Notes: generated from the letters alone by a model not told the origin. DNA of 64,000 bases from a virus (IMGVR_UViG_2724679539_000005:12292-76291), one strand, 5' to 3'; counted from the first letter of the stretch, positions 38,131 through 49,467 are shown. A program made the numbers and translations.

Positions 38131-39600
38131 ATGTCTCAGTTACATGGTGTTGAAACAATTGAACTGACCTCGGGAACTGTGGCGGTGACCACTATCCAGA
38201 CGGCTATTATCGGTCTGGTGGGCACGGCACCGGAGTCGTCTGCCGGGAGTGCGGCAGCGGTCACCACCGGGACGCCGATTCTGGATAACGTTCTGAACTT
38301 CACAGCAAAGGAGAGGGGCCGGGCTGGCAATGTTATCCAGGTGGACGCGGTGGCGGCGGTACCAGATACGGAAAGCCCGCAGGCTGTTAACACATCGGCA
38401 TCCTGGGATGACGTTACGCACAAACTGACGGTGACACTGGGCTGTGATGAGCAGGGGGTGATCACGGCGCGACCTGCTGATGTGGTCAGTGTGGTCAATG
38501 CGCTGGATGGCGTCAAAGTTCAGGCCGAAGGCAGTGGCGAGGGGCTGTTGGTAACGTTCAGTGTAAAGCTGGAAGGGGGCGAAGATGAGCCTTTTCCGTT
38601 AAATACGCCTGTGGCTGTGGCGGGCACCGCGCTCATTAATCGTCTGGGAGACAAGGGGACTCTCAAACAGGCGCTGACAGAGATTAATGATCAGCGTAAT
38701 GCGCTGACAGTGGTGGTGCGGGTGGCTGATGAAACTGACGGGGCAAAAAAACGGGCAGCCATACTGAAAGGGATTGGACTTCTGTCATCAGCAAAATCCA
38801 TTACCACGTATCAGCCACGTATTGTGATTGCGCCGGGATTCAGTGAGGACGATGCGGTCGGGAAAGCCCTGGAAACGGTGGCCGGGAAATTACGCGCGGT
38901 GGCTTATGTTGACTGTGCTTCCGGAGCAACGTTGCAGGAGGTGGTACAGCGCCGTCAGTCCTATGGTGCCCGTACTGAACTGTTGCGACCGCGTGTTCAG
39001 GCTGCCGATGCGGATGGCCAGTTAGTGTATCGCCCTTACTCTGCTTTTGCCGCCGGATTACGTGCCCGTATCGACTACGAAAAGGGCTGGTGGTGGAGCA
39101 AATCGAACCAGGACATCAACAATATCCTCGGAGTGGAGCAGATCGACGAATTTATTCTCGGGGATGAAAACTGCGATGCGAACCTGCTCAACATGCAGAA
39201 CGTATCCACCATTATCCGTCGTGCGGGCTTTAAACACTGGGGAAACCGTCTGTGCGCAACCGATCCGCAGTGGCGTTTTGAATCCGTACGACGTACAGCA
39301 GATGTTATCGAGGACAGCATTCAGGAAACCATGCTGGAGTATGTTGACCGTCCGCTGGATCGCGAAAATGCCGATGACATTATCGGCACCATTAATGCCT
39401 ATATGCGACAACTGGTCGGACTGGGCGCCATCTTCGGTGGTCGGGCCTGGCTGGATGAAGAACTTAATACCGCAGAGAGCATGGCGGCAGGTGTTCTGTA
39501 TATCAACTATGACTTTGGACCGAAATCGCCGACTGAACTTATCAGTCTGCGCGTCCGGGTGAATAATAACTATGCGCTTGAGGAGATGCTGGCAGCATGA
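38131..39600 (+). CDS. contractile tail sheath protein
   Basis: About 490 aa, located before the tube gene. Confidence 0.8.
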   Translation: MSQLHGVETIELTSGTVAVTTIQTAIIGLVGTAPESSAGSAAAVTTGTPILDNVLNFTAKERGRAGNVIQVDAVAAVPDTESPQAVNTSASWDDVTHKLTVTLGCDEQGVITARPADVVSVVNALDGVKVQAEGSGEGLLVTFSVKLEGGEDEPFPLNTPVAVAGTALINRLGDKGTLKQALTEINDQRNALTVVVRVADETDGAKKRAAILKGIGLLSSAKSITTYQPRIVIAPGFSEDDAVGKALETVAGKLRAVAYVDCASGATLQEVVQRRQSYGARTELLRPRVQAADADGQLVYRPYSAFAAGLRARIDYEKGWWWSKSNQDINNILGVEQIDEFILGDENCDANLLNMQNVSTIIRRAGFKHWGNRLCATDPQWRFESVRRTADVIEDSIQETMLEYVDRPLDRENADDIIGTINAYMRQLVGLGAIFGGRAWLDEELNTAESMAAGVLYINYDFGPKSPTELISLRVRVNNNYALEEMLAA

Positions 39601-40103
39601 GCGATAAAAATACACTACGTGCCTGGACTTTCTTCCGGCAGGGGATCCGTATTCAGGGGGCGCATGAGTTTACGCCGCCATCGCTGACAATCGTGAAAAC
39701 TGACCTGCGAACTGGTGCCCAGGATGCGCCCACGCCCGTGGATGACGGGATGGAAGCACTGACCTGTCAGGTGAAATTTTACGGTCTGGACACGGATATG
39801 CTGGCCAGCTTTGGATTTGTCAGTGGCAGTCGTTCCCGCTTTACGGCCTACCAGGGGTATCTCGGCAACGGTACTGCTCGCGGTACTGTTGAGGAAATTG
39901 AAGGGTTTATTCAGGCTGTCACGCCAGATGCGCGGGGTAAGGATAATCTTTCTGAAAATGCCATCACGGTCGATATTGCGGTCAGTTATTACCGACAGAC
40001 GCTGGATGGTCGTGAACTGTTTGCCATTGATACCGAGCGCTTTTCCCGTCGGGTAAATGGTGTCGATATGTTGTCGGGTCTGGCGGCAAAAGTTCGTCTC
40101 TGA
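39597..40103 (+). CDS. tail tube protein
   Basis: 168 aa immediately after the sheath gene. Confidence 0.7.
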   Translation: MSDKNTLRAWTFFRQGIRIQGAHEFTPPSLTIVKTDLRTGAQDAPTPVDDGMEALTCQVKFYGLDTDMLASFGFVSGSRSRFTAYQGYLGNGTARGTVEEIEGFIQAVTPDARGKDNLSENAITVDIAVSYYRQTLDGRELFAIDTERFSRRVNGVDMLSGLAAKVRL

Positions 40104-40149
40104 TTATTCCCGTTCTTTAACTACCTGACGGCCTGCGGGCCGTTTTTTA

Positions 40150-40461
40150 ATGGAGGTGATTATGCCTTTTCCCGGTGAAACCCGCGTTATCCGATTGTTT
40201 TCCCCTGTCACTCTGGAGGGTGGCGTGATCCTTGAGGAAGTGACGATGCGTGAACCGCTGGTGCGCGATCGTATTGCTCATGCCAAAGATCGTGGCAATG
40301 AAGAAGAAAAAGAAGCCCGGATGATTGCGCTGTTGTGCAACCTCAGTGAAAAGGACATCTGGCAACTGACGGCTGCAGACTATGCGCAACTGCTGGATGC
40401 CTTCAATGTTTTTATGCTGCCGCCCGCGAAGCGTCCGAAAGACACCTCCTCCGGGCGATAA
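40150..40461 (+). CDS. tail assembly chaperone (gpE/gpG-like)
   Basis: Small acidic protein between tube and tape measure; the -1 frame stays open to about 40590 (possible frameshift extension). Confidence 0.5.
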   Translation: MEVIMPFPGETRVIRLFSPVTLEGGVILEEVTMREPLVRDRIAHAKDRGNEEEKEARMIALLCNLSEKDIWQLTAADYAQLLDAFNVFMLPPAKRPKDTSSGR

Positions 40462-40563
40462 AACTCCTTGGACGGCGACTGCATTTTCCTATGTCGGACT
40501 ATCTGGATATGCCGTTCAGCACTTTCTCTGATTTTCTTACTGATGAACTGGAGACGATGAACC

Positions 40564-42474
40564 GTGGGCGGAATAAGCCAGAATCTTAAAGCCGTTATCA
40601 CGTTTGGCGGTAACCTGGACAGTTCATGGAAGCGCTCGGCTGACGGTTTACAAAAGAGCCTGAATGATGTCGGGAAACGTTCAGAACGTCTGACAAAGGA
40701 GCAGGCAAAACTGGCTGCTGAAATTAAACGCGCGAAACTGGCAGGTGAAAGTCTGGGGAATTTGAAACGCCGTTATAGCGAAGTTTCCAGAGAGATCCGC
40801 AAGGCAGAGGCAGAGCAGCAGAAACTGAATGTCCAGATGCAAAAAGCACAGCGGATTGAGGCATTCAAAGGTGCCGGGAAGGGATTGTTCCGGCGTGGTC
40901 TGGGGATTGCCGGTCAGGTCGGAGGTATGTTCGGTACCGGACTGGCATTTGGTGGCGGTGGTGTGGTGGCCTCAGCGCTCGGCACGCTTATCGCCCCGGC
41001 GGCAACGAATGCTGAAACTGCCACCCGCGCCAGTGTGGCGAAAAGCTACGGTGTGGATGTCGCCACCTTCAGTGCGTGGGACTCCCTGGCCCGTCAGTAC
41101 GATATGAATGCCGAAAATATTGGTGACCTTTTTGAGGAGTATCTGCACAAAGCGGGTGAGTATAAGCAAAATGGGAAACAGGGCTCTCTGCAGGATGCCT
41201 TTGAAACGCTGGGGTTTAAAGAGGGCGATTTTGCCGGGCTCAGTGATATGGCGCAGTTCGATAAAATTGTTGAGCGGGCGCTCAGTCTCCAGGATGAGGC
41301 AAAAGCATCTTTTGCGCTGGACTCTCTTTTTGGCGGGGAGGCCAGTAAGCTGCTGATGCTGATCAAACAGTCGGGCAGAAGCTACCGGGAGCTGATGGAC
41401 GAGCAGCGTCGTTATAACCTGGTGACCCGGGAGGGGGCAGAAGGTGCGATTGCCGGTAATCAGGCTATCAGTAATCTGCGCACGGTGTTCTCTTCGGCGG
41501 TGGCGGAGATTTCCGGGCAACTGGGTAATGAGCTGGCACCTGATATCCGGCGATTAACGGACGATTTGGCAGACTGGTTTAAAGGGGGCGGCGTCAGGCG
41601 TATTGTCACTTTCCTGCGTAACGATCTTTATCCCGGGGTGTTGAGCTTTGGTCAGGGCGTGGTTTTTGTTGGCAAAATTGTCTATGCGCTGGCTAAAAAA
41701 CTGGCCTGGCTGTTACCGGATGAGCGTGAAGATCAGCGTGATGTGCTGAAGGCGCTCGCCAGAAGTGGTTCCGTTGACCTTGCCAGACTGACCGCGCAGC
41801 GAAGTGGACAGGGGGAATGGTTTGAACAGCAGTTAACAGCGCATCCGGACTTACCGGAAAAGGTGAAACGGTCCTGGACATCGACACGTGGTTATTTTGG
41901 TTTTGATTCGGATGATGAGGCATTTAACCAGTCTGTTGATCACTATCTGACCCCGGAAAGCCACGAATCCTTATTAAACTGGAATACCGCTTTACAGCGT
42001 AACCAGCGGGAGTCTGCATCGTTTCCCCCGGTAACAACGGAAAATAACACAGTTATTCATACCGCTCCGATGACGACAGAAAACAACACATTTATGCATT
42101 ACGTTCCGGCAATGACGGAGAACAATACCGAAGCCTGGAATAAAGATGTGTTACCTCCCGTCTTTCCTGCTGTTCTACCGGAATTCACATTTTCTTCACG
42201 ACAACAACAAGCCGCGGATCCGCGTTCTGCCAGAGAGCAGGAGGACAAAACAGGGGGCTACTGGGAAAATCTGCTGCAGAAAATGGACGCACTGGATAAA
42301 CAGCCGCCGTCCAGGCAGGTTATCGATAACCGGAAGTTTGATTATCACTTCGAAATTAATGCAGCTCCCGGGCAGGATGAAAAAGCCATTGCCGATGAAC
42401 TGACCACGGTCACCCGAAATAATCCGGCTTTTAACGGGGACAACCGTCTGACGGATGGAGGACTGGTCTGGTGA
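40564..42474 (+). CDS. tail tape measure protein
   Basis: 636 aa, coiled-coil N-terminus, Gly-rich hydrophobic segment, internal TTENNT repeats; GTG start. Confidence 0.85.
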   Translation: MGGISQNLKAVITFGGNLDSSWKRSADGLQKSLNDVGKRSERLTKEQAKLAAEIKRAKLAGESLGNLKRRYSEVSREIRKAEAEQQKLNVQMQKAQRIEAFKGAGKGLFRRGLGIAGQVGGMFGTGLAFGGGGVVASALGTLIAPAATNAETATRASVAKSYGVDVATFSAWDSLARQYDMNAENIGDLFEEYLHKAGEYKQNGKQGSLQDAFETLGFKEGDFAGLSDMAQFDKIVERALSLQDEAKASFALDSLFGGEASKLLMLIKQSGRSYRELMDEQRRYNLVTREGAEGAIAGNQAISNLRTVFSSAVAEISGQLGNELAPDIRRLTDDLADWFKGGGVRRIVTFLRNDLYPGVLSFGQGVVFVGKIVYALAKKLAWLLPDEREDQRDVLKALARSGSVDLARLTAQRSGQGEWFEQQLTAHPDLPEKVKRSWTSTRGYFGFDSDDEAFNQSVDHYLTPESHESLLNWNTALQRNQRESASFPPVTTENNTVIHTAPMTTENNTFMHYVPAMTENNTEAWNKDVLPPVFPAVLPEFTFSSRQQQAADPRSAREQEDKTGGYWENLLQKMDALDKQPPSRQVIDNRKFDYHFEINAAPGQDEKAIADELTTVTRNNPAFNGDNRLTDGGLVW

Positions 42475-42941
42475 GTAATTTCATGTCTTTTATTGATGAA
42501 TTTGGTCAGCAACAGGCTGAAAACCTGCGTTCGGCAGGAGCCGCCCGCGTGATGATGATGCTGGGAGATTTTGCTTTTTCGATTGATACGACAGCCTATA
42601 ACCAGCTGACCCGCGAAGCAACCTGGCGCTGGAGCGAACAGGAGCGCATTGGTAAGCAGGATCTTCTCCAGTACACCGGAAAGCCGGGGCGTACCGTCAG
42701 ACTTGAAGGCGAATCCCATGCCTTTTTTCGAAAAGGTGTTGGCCCCGTCAATGACCTGTTTGCTCTTGCCGACCAGGCGAAGCCACTGCAGCTGGTCAGT
42801 GGAGAAGGGGATGTTCTGGGATGGTGGGTGGTAACTGACTTTACTGACACCACTAACCGGTTCCTGCCGGGAGGTGGTCACCGTAATAAAAACTGGACAA
42901 TGACACTGAAACACTATGCCGACGATATATCAAACCCGTGA
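42471..42941 (+). CDS. gpU-like tail protein
   Basis: 156 aa directly after the tape measure. Confidence 0.5.
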   Translation: MSNFMSFIDEFGQQQAENLRSAGAARVMMMLGDFAFSIDTTAYNQLTREATWRWSEQERIGKQDLLQYTGKPGRTVRLEGESHAFFRKGVGPVNDLFALADQAKPLQLVSGEGDVLGWWVVTDFTDTTNRFLPGGGHRNKNWTMTLKHYADDISNP

Positions 42942-43131
42942 CGGTGATGTGCTGGATGCGATTTGCGCCGCGCACTATGGCAGCGAAAATCTCGCTGACA
43001 CGATAATCCAGGTTCTGGAGGCAAATCCCGGGCTGGCTGATCGTGGCGCGGTATATCCCTCCGGTCTGTCTGTTATTCTGCCGGAACGGGTGATCCCGGT
43101 TGTGGAGTCTGCTTTCAGCTTATGGGATTAA
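42916..43131 (+). CDS. gpX-like tail protein
   Basis: 71 aa between the gpU-like and gpD-like genes. Confidence 0.55.
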   Translation: MPTIYQTRDGDVLDAICAAHYGSENLADTIIQVLEANPGLADRGAVYPSGLSVILPERVIPVVESAFSLWD

Positions 43132-44251
43132 TATGGTTTCTCAGACGATGACTCCTGAATATGCGCCAGCATTCCGCATAAAGGCAGAAGGGAAAGATAT
43201 TACCCGCATACTTGAGCAATGCCTTTCTGAACTGACGCTGACAGATTACGGTGGCGCGACCGCCAGAGCCGATGAACTGAAAATTACCCTGCTTTCTGAA
43301 ACGCTGACACTTCCGCCCAGAGGGGCGCGACTACAGGTTGCGCTGGGATTTAATGAGCAGCTTGTCGATAAAGGCTGGTTTGTTGTCAGCGGAGTTGCCA
43401 GCAGTGGGCCACCGAGGCGCATTGAAATTTATGCCACCGCAGCGCCCATGAATGCACGGAAGCAACCCGGTGACGTCACCAGTCAGAAAACACGAAGCTG
43501 GGATAACATTCGTCTGGAGGATGTGGTGAAAACCGTGGCCACCGATAATGGCCTGATCCCCAGAGTCGCTGCCGTGCTGAAAGATATTCACATTAACCAC
43601 ATCGACCAGGTGGCTGAATCTGATGCTAACCTGCTGTCCCGGCTTGCCCGCATCTACAACGCGGTGAGTAAACCTTCCGGTGGTTACTGGCTTTTTCTGC
43701 CGCAGGGGGCGACAGCGACCGTTTCCGGTAAACAGATTGACAGTATCACCATTACGCCTGCAGACGTGACAACGTGGTCATACAGTGAAGGTGAGCGGGG
43801 GAGTTCCACGGGTAAGGTCACGGAAAGTGGGGGTAAAGCAAAAGAGAAAATCGGGGTTCGCTATTACGATGAAGTGGATGGCAGGACAAAAACCGCAGCG
43901 GTCGAACATGACGGACCGGCAATGACCAACCCGTATACCCAGTCAGAAAAGGATACGGCAGAGAAGCAGGCGAAAGCACGAAAAACACAGGTAAGACGGA
44001 ATGAGCAGAAAATGACGCTCACCGGCCCCTGCCGACCACAGCATATTCCCCTGACGGCAGAAGCAGGGGTGGCAACCTCAGGATTTGGTACCCGGGAAGA
44101 CAGAGCCTGGGTGGTTGAGTCGCTGGTCTTTTCACTGACCGCTGCCGGATTCAGTTATACCTGCAATCTGGTGGTGGATATTCACAAACCACAAAAATCC
44201 GCAAAAAAATCGAAGCAACAGGATAAAACTGGTCCGGCTTACTTCGGTTAA
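43100..44251 (+). CDS. gpD-like late control / tail protein
   Basis: About 370-380 aa in the P2 gpD position. Confidence 0.65.
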   Translation: MWSLLSAYGINMVSQTMTPEYAPAFRIKAEGKDITRILEQCLSELTLTDYGGATARADELKITLLSETLTLPPRGARLQVALGFNEQLVDKGWFVVSGVASSGPPRRIEIYATAAPMNARKQPGDVTSQKTRSWDNIRLEDVVKTVATDNGLIPRVAAVLKDIHINHIDQVAESDANLLSRLARIYNAVSKPSGGYWLFLPQGATATVSGKQIDSITITPADVTTWSYSEGERGSSTGKVTESGGKAKEKIGVRYYDEVDGRTKTAAVEHDGPAMTNPYTQSEKDTAEKQAKARKTQVRRNEQKMTLTGPCRPQHIPLTAEAGVATSGFGTREDRAWVVESLVFSLTAAGFSYTCNLVVDIHKPQKSAKKSKQQDKTGPAYFG

Positions 44252-44291
44252 TCCATCGCGCCATCCGGCGCTTTTGTAACGGAAAATCATC

Positions 44292-44645
44292 ATGAACGGT
44301 GTAAACAGCCGGACAGGCAAACGTCTGTCTGGCGTGGCGCATTTGCGCCAGTCTGTCCGGGACATTCTGACCACGCCCGTCGGGAGTCGTGTGCTGATCC
44401 GTGACTATGGCAGTGAACTGTTTTCGTTGCTGGATAACCCACGGGATGACCTGACGCGCCTGCGGATAATCGCCGCCTCAGCGACTGCACTGGCTCGCTG
44501 GGAGCCGCGTTTAAAGGTGACGCGGGTGATGGTCTCCTTCCCGGCGGGCGAATCCGGTTGTGTTCTGGATATCGAAGGGATCAACAAAGAAGACGGCTTA
44601 CCCGTCAGAACAGGAGAAATAACGCTAAATGCCCAACAGTTATGA
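44292..44645 (+). CDS. gpW / gp25-like baseplate wedge protein
   Basis: 117 aa; the pattern SVRDILTTPVGSRVLIRDYGSEL is typical of the gp25/GPW family. Confidence 0.7.
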   Translation: MNGVNSRTGKRLSGVAHLRQSVRDILTTPVGSRVLIRDYGSELFSLLDNPRDDLTRLRIIAASATALARWEPRLKVTRVMVSFPAGESGCVLDIEGINKEDGLPVRTGEITLNAQQL

Positions 44646-45549
44646 TGTGATCAATCTGTCTGAACTCGCTGTTCCTGATGCGCTTGTAGTGCCGGATGCC
44701 ACAGAGATTTTCTCCCGATGGCTGGCACGTCTGCAGGAGCTGGATCCGCAGTTTGATGCGCTGGTAGAGTCCGATCCGGCGTTTAAACAGGGAGAGGTGA
44801 ATGCATATCAGCTGACGCTGGCCTTTCAGCGTGTCAATGATGCAGTGCGGGCAGTATTTCTTGCCAGCGCCAGAGGCGCAGACCTTGATCAGATTGGCGC
44901 TGCCTTCAATGTTAAACGCCAGGTTATCAGACCGGGTGATCCGGATGCCGTTCCCCCCGTCGAAGTGGAACTGGAAGATGACGGCGCATTTCGTGAACGT
45001 ATTCAGTTGTCCTGGGCACAGTTAAATACGGCGGGTGCCCGCAACGCTTACCGCTTCCATGCGAAATCGGCGGATACCGATGTGCTGGATGCTGAAGCTT
45101 ATGGCCCCGAAACACACAGCCGCCCGGGGTGTGTTGATGTGTATGTGCTTTCCCGTACGGGAGACGGAACAGCAGCTGCACCACTGCTGGATAAAGTTAA
45201 CAGCACACTGAATGCCGATGAAATCCGTCCATTGACAGACTACGTGACGGTGAAGAGCGCCACTATCAAAAATTATGCCATCACGGCTGAACTGGAGATC
45301 CCGGACGGCCCGGACGCCACGACAGTTCTGAACAATGCCATTGAAGCCTTGCAGTCCTACACCATGCTGTCTCACCGGATTAACACCGTGGTGCCGTTAT
45401 CTGCCATCTATGCCGCTTTACAGCAATCCGGTGTGGTTCGCGTCAGACTGATCTCCCCCGTGGCTGATCTGGAAGCCGAAGCCGGAAAAGCACCGTGGTG
45501 TACTGCCATCAACGTCACCCGCAGGGAGGTAAGCAGCCATGACGGATAA
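44629..45549 (+). CDS. baseplate J-like protein
   Basis: 306 aa following gpW. Confidence 0.7.
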   Translation: MPNSYDVINLSELAVPDALVVPDATEIFSRWLARLQELDPQFDALVESDPAFKQGEVNAYQLTLAFQRVNDAVRAVFLASARGADLDQIGAAFNVKRQVIRPGDPDAVPPVEVELEDDGAFRERIQLSWAQLNTAGARNAYRFHAKSADTDVLDAEAYGPETHSRPGCVDVYVLSRTGDGTAAAPLLDKVNSTLNADEIRPLTDYVTVKSATIKNYAITAELEIPDGPDATTVLNNAIEALQSYTMLSHRINTVVPLSAIYAALQQSGVVRVRLISPVADLEAEAGKAPWCTAINVTRREVSSHDG

Positions 45550-46102
45550 ATTTCGCTCCCTGCTGCCGCCGGGCGCATTTCATGAAGAACGGGTGCAGGA
45601 GCAGGCGACGACAGAACACATCATCGCACTGGATACCAACATGGTGCGTAAGGTGAAAGATGCGGCCAGCTGCCCGGCACATCTTTTACCGTGGCTTGCG
45701 TGGGAACATGCCGTCGATTTCTGGGATGACAGCTGGACAGAGACACAAAAGCGCCAGGTGATTAAGGACGCCGCTTACGTGCATCAGCACCGGGGAACGG
45801 CGGGTGCGGTCAGGCGTTCTCTGGGGGCGGTAAACCTGCCGACCACTGTCGTGGAGTGGTGGCAGGATTCACCGCAGGCTGCACCCTACACATTCCGGAT
45901 TGAAGTTCACAGCAGTCAGGGCGTCAGCGATGCACTGTATCACCAGATTCGTCAGCTTACTGACCGGGCTAAAAACCTGCGCAGTCATCTGAGCAAAATA
46001 GATGTTCTGGCGAATATCGGGATGGATGGCGCTTTTTATATTTCAGGTGCGACGACAGCACATATCGATGTGGATATTTTTGCCGGGGAGTCTCATGGCT
46101 GA
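45539..46102 (+). CDS. gpI-like baseplate/tail protein
   Basis: 187 aa between the J-like and tail-fibre genes. Confidence 0.6.
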   Translation: MTDKFRSLLPPGAFHEERVQEQATTEHIIALDTNMVRKVKDAASCPAHLLPWLAWEHAVDFWDDSWTETQKRQVIKDAAYVHQHRGTAGAVRRSLGAVNLPTTVVEWWQDSPQAAPYTFRIEVHSSQGVSDALYHQIRQLTDRAKNLRSHLSKIDVLANIGMDGAFYISGATTAHIDVDIFAGESHG

Positions 46103-47792
46103 ATATTATTCAATTATTACTAACCGGGGAAAAGAACTGGAGGCGGAAGCGCTTGCCAGTGGTAGCCAGATTATTCTGACACAGTTTGTGGTTGGCGACA
46201 GTAATGGCAAACCGCTGAAACCCGATCCGGCACAAACGCAGCTTGTTAATGAAACCTACCGTGGAGATATTGCAGAGCTGGTGGTATCACCGGAACAGCC
46301 GACACAGCTCATGGCCAGAATTGTGCTGCCAACGGGAACGGGGGGGTTTACAGTCCGCGAAGTGGGACTGATGACTGATGGGGGGGAATTGTATGCCGTG
46401 GCGAACTGCCCGGCGATTGACAAACCGGTTGGCGGTGTCAGCGTCAATATGCAGTTCCGGCTTGCTGTATCTGACACCTCAAACATCACGTTAAATGTGG
46501 CAACGGGAGACGGACTTTTTCTGCGCATTGACCAGAACCTGAAGGAAATCAAAGCGCGCGGAGCTGGCGCGCAAAAAGAATCCCGCGAGTCTCTTGGTGT
46601 TCTGGATGCCACGACTAAGCAAAAAGGTCTGGTGCAACTGAACAGTGCGGTGAACAGCACCAGTGAGACACAGGCAGCGACATCAAAGGCGGTTAAGACA
46701 GCATATGACCTTGCTGATGGCAAATACACTGCACAGGACGCCACCACGGCACGAAAAGGGATTGTTCAGTTAAGCAGCGCCACTAACAGTGATTCTGAAA
46801 CGCTTGCCGCGACTCCGAAAGCGGTGAAAGCTGCCAATGACAATGCAAACGGGCGTGTGCCCTCAGGACGTAAGGTTAATGGCAAACCACTGAACAATGA
46901 TGTCAATGTTACATCGCAGGATATTTTTAACGGTCAGAGTATTGAGATTGGTGCAAACCAGAATCTGGATAATTACAAAACGCCGGGGCTGTACCATCAG
47001 CCACTGAATGCCAATACAAGCGCAGTGCTGAAATACCCTGAGAATCTTTCAGGTACTCTGGTTGTGCTTAAAAATGCCGGAATAACACAAATTTACTATG
47101 TGTATAACACATCCAGAAGCTATACCCGCAGCCAGTACTCAACGGGTGGCTGGACACCATGGACGCCGCAGGATTCATTTCCGGTAGGTGCGGCGATTCC
47201 GTGGCCTTCTGATTCAGTACCTACAGGCTATGCCATTATGCAGGGGCAGACTTTTGACAAGGCAGCCTATCCCCTGCTTGCAGGAGCTTATCCGTCAGGA
47301 GTGATTCCCGATATGCGGGGCTGGACAATCAAGGGCAAACCCGCCAGTGGCCGCGCTGTATTGTCTCAGGAACAGGACGGTATTAAATCGCATACTCACA
47401 GCGCCAGTGCGTCAAATACGGATTTAGGAACGAAAACGACAAGTTCATTTGATTACGGCACGAAGACAGTCAGCACGTTTAACCATGGTACCAAAACCAC
47501 CAATACAACAGGTAATCATACCCATACAATTTACAGGGGTAATGCCAGAACCAACAGTGAAACCGGTTATACGGGTTTTGATAATCCATCATTTAATGGA
47601 ACATCAAGTGCAGCAGGGAACCATGCTCATACTGTTGACATTGGTCAACATAACCACACCGTAGGTATTGGTGCCCATGCACACACTGTGGCATTGGGGG
47701 CGCACGGACACACCATCACGGTCAATGCTACGGGGAATGCAGAGAACACCGTAAAAAACGTTGCATATAACTATATTGTGAGGCTGGCATAA
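46098..47792 (+). CDS. tail fibre protein with His-rich HxH repeat tip
   Basis: Conserved N-terminus ([12 protein letters not shown]...), variable C-terminus with repeated HTH/HAH/HxH motifs. Confidence 0.8.
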   Translation, partial: AEYYSIITNRGKELEAEALASGSQIILTQFVVGDSNGKPLKPDPAQTQLVNETYRGDIAELVVSPEQPTQLMARIVLPTGTGGFTVREVGLMTDGGELYAVANCPAIDKPVGGVSVNMQFRLAVSDTSNITLNVATGDGLFLRIDQNLKEIKARGAGAQKESRESLGVLDATTKQKGLVQLNSAVNSTSETQAATSKAVKTAYDLADGKYTAQDATTARKGIVQLSSATNSDSETLAATPKAVKAANDNANGRVPSGRKVNGKPLNNDVNVTSQDIFNGQSIEIGANQNLDNYKTPGLYHQPLNANTSAVLKYPENLSGTLVVLKNAGITQIYYVYNTSRSYTRSQYSTGGWTPWTPQDSFPVGAAIPWPSDSVPTGYAIMQGQTFDKAAYPLLAGAYPSGVIPDMRGWTIKGKPASGRAVLSQEQDGIKSHTHSASASNTDLGTKTTSSFDYGTKTVSTFNHGTKTTNTTGNHTHTIYRGNARTNSETGYTGFDNPSFNGTSSAAGNHAHTVDIGQHNHTVGIGAHAHTVALGAHGHTITVNATGNAENTVKNVAYNYIVRLA

Positions 47793-48376
47793 TGACTTTC
47801 AGAATGAGTGCAGAGGCACAAACTATTCGTGTATTTAATTTACTGGATGGAAGCAATGAATTTATTGGCGAAAGCGATGCATATATTCCACCGTATACAG
47901 GTCTGCCTGCAAACAGTACAGATATTGCACCTCCAGATATTCCAGCTGGCTATGCTGCCGTTTTCAATGCAGACGAAATGAAATGGCATTTGACAGAGGA
48001 CCATCGTGGGAAAACTGTCTATGAAACAAAAACAGGAGCAGCCATTTATATTTCTGAACTTGGTGCATTACCTCCTGACGTGACAACAATTTCCCCGACT
48101 GGCAATTATCAGAAATGGAACGGGAATGCGTGGGTCGATGATGTAGATGCGGAGCGTGTGGCACTTATCAACGAAGCCGAATCGCAGAAGAAAGAGCTGC
48201 TCAGACATGCAAGTGAAATCATCGCCACCTTACAGGACGCTGTTGATTTAGATATGGCGACCGATGAGGAAAAATTACGTCTGAATGAATGGAAAAAATA
48301 TCGAGTTTTATTGAATCGTATCCGACCGGAGAATGCTCCGGATATCGAGTGGCCGGTAATCCCTGTCATGGAATAA
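47792..48376 (+). CDS. tail fibre assembly protein (Tfa)
   Basis: 194 aa directly after the fibre gene, with a Tfa-like C-terminus. Confidence 0.7.
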   Translation: MTFRMSAEAQTIRVFNLLDGSNEFIGESDAYIPPYTGLPANSTDIAPPDIPAGYAAVFNADEMKWHLTEDHRGKTVYETKTGAAIYISELGALPPDVTTISPTGNYQKWNGNAWVDDVDAERVALINEAESQKKELLRHASEIIATLQDAVDLDMATDEEKLRLNEWKKYRVLLNRIRPENAPDIEWPVIPVME

Positions 48377-48817
48377 TCGTTTTGTGATATGCCGCAGACA
48401 CGTAGCATGCAATAACGTGCTGCGGCTGGCTGGTGAACTTCCGATAGTGCGAGTATTGAATGATTTCCAGCCGTTACCGATTTTACGTGTTAATACTTCC
48501 ACATCATTTAAACGGTTTGTAAGTTCCTGGTAGGTAATTCTCCCGTTAACATGCCTATGGCGCCGTTTGGTTTCAGGCTTATCTTTTTTTGCGTAATAAA
48601 AGGTGAGACAAAAATGAGACACACAAAGCTTTGTACTGGATTGCAAGGCTTTGCGCTCTTCTGTGGATGTGTGGCTACATGTTTGAAGATCGTTGTGCCG
48701 TATTTGTGACATACACATGACAACATCATGCATCAACTTTCTGTTTGTGCCATCAACTATAGCTTAGTGAATGCGGTTAATGCTTGCTAAAACAGATAGT
48801 TATGATTGGTGCTACAG

Positions 48818-48863
48818 ATTCGTAATGCGAAGGTCGTAGGTTCGACTCCTATTATCGCACCAT
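48818..48863 (+). other. att copy 2: 45-nt remnant of the tRNA-Thr (thrW-like) 3' end; not a complete tRNA
   Basis: ATTCGTAATGCGAAGGTCGTAGGTTCGACTCCTATTATCG-CACCA matches the thrW 3' end from the anticodon loop onward, with one deletion; no acceptor or D arm upstream. Confidence 0.8.
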
Positions 48864-49467
48864 CAAGAAAATCAATAACTTAGCTTAACTTCTCTAAGAA
48901 ATTGTATCTTCTGTTATCACTTACAAACGCCTATACGTTGTTATGGGCTTTGGTAGTGTAACACGTATGGGCGAGTAGTTCCCAGGCTCAACCTCGTAAC
49001 AAGTTCCTTTGAAGCTGGAAGACGTGCCACCGTCTCTAAACCTTCTACCAAAACTCTTAGCAAGATGTTCCACACCTGGCGCGGTGTCCAATGATGCTAC
49101 ACGTCGTGAGACGTTGCAGAGGATAAACAGGCTAAATGATGGGAAGAGTTTTAAGTGCAATAGTGGATTAAAGCCCACCTCTTCAAAACCTAACTTGATC
49201 GGGAAAGAATCAAGCTCTAGCACGGTTTCGTCCACCGGAGTACAACGGGTGCCTGATAAGAGAAGAACTGCTAAGACTTCATAGCTTTTGTGAAAAAGCC
49301 CTTTTTAGTGGATACGCCTACGGCGCTTATTTTTTGGTATAACCATCAAAGGCGCTTTATGGCTCCTATTGTCTTGAAAATGTATCTTTACTTGTATTGT
49401 GTTTTATGCGTAGTCTCCCTGTGTAGTATGTAACTTGTTAATTTTCATATGAATACAGAGGCACACG

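Larger units (their letters stand above)
7061..48863. mobile_element. hybrid prophage (~41.8 kb): lambdoid early/lysis/packaging genes plus a P2/Mu-like contractile tail
   Basis: Bounded by direct att-core repeats; gene order int-xis...gam-cI-cro-O-P-ren-nin-Q-lysis-terminase-head-tail-tfa. Confidence 0.8.

Noticed and set aside
48308-48736. 142-aa minus-strand ORF overlapping the end of tfa
   Set aside because: It overlaps the tail fibre assembly gene by about 70 bp and has no recognisable start context; a short genuine gene in 48380-48700 cannot be excluded.
48818-48863. Possible intact tRNA-Thr gene
   Set aside because: Only the 3' 45 nt (anticodon loop to CCA end) match; there is no acceptor stem 5' strand or D arm upstream, so this is an att remnant rather than a tRNA gene.
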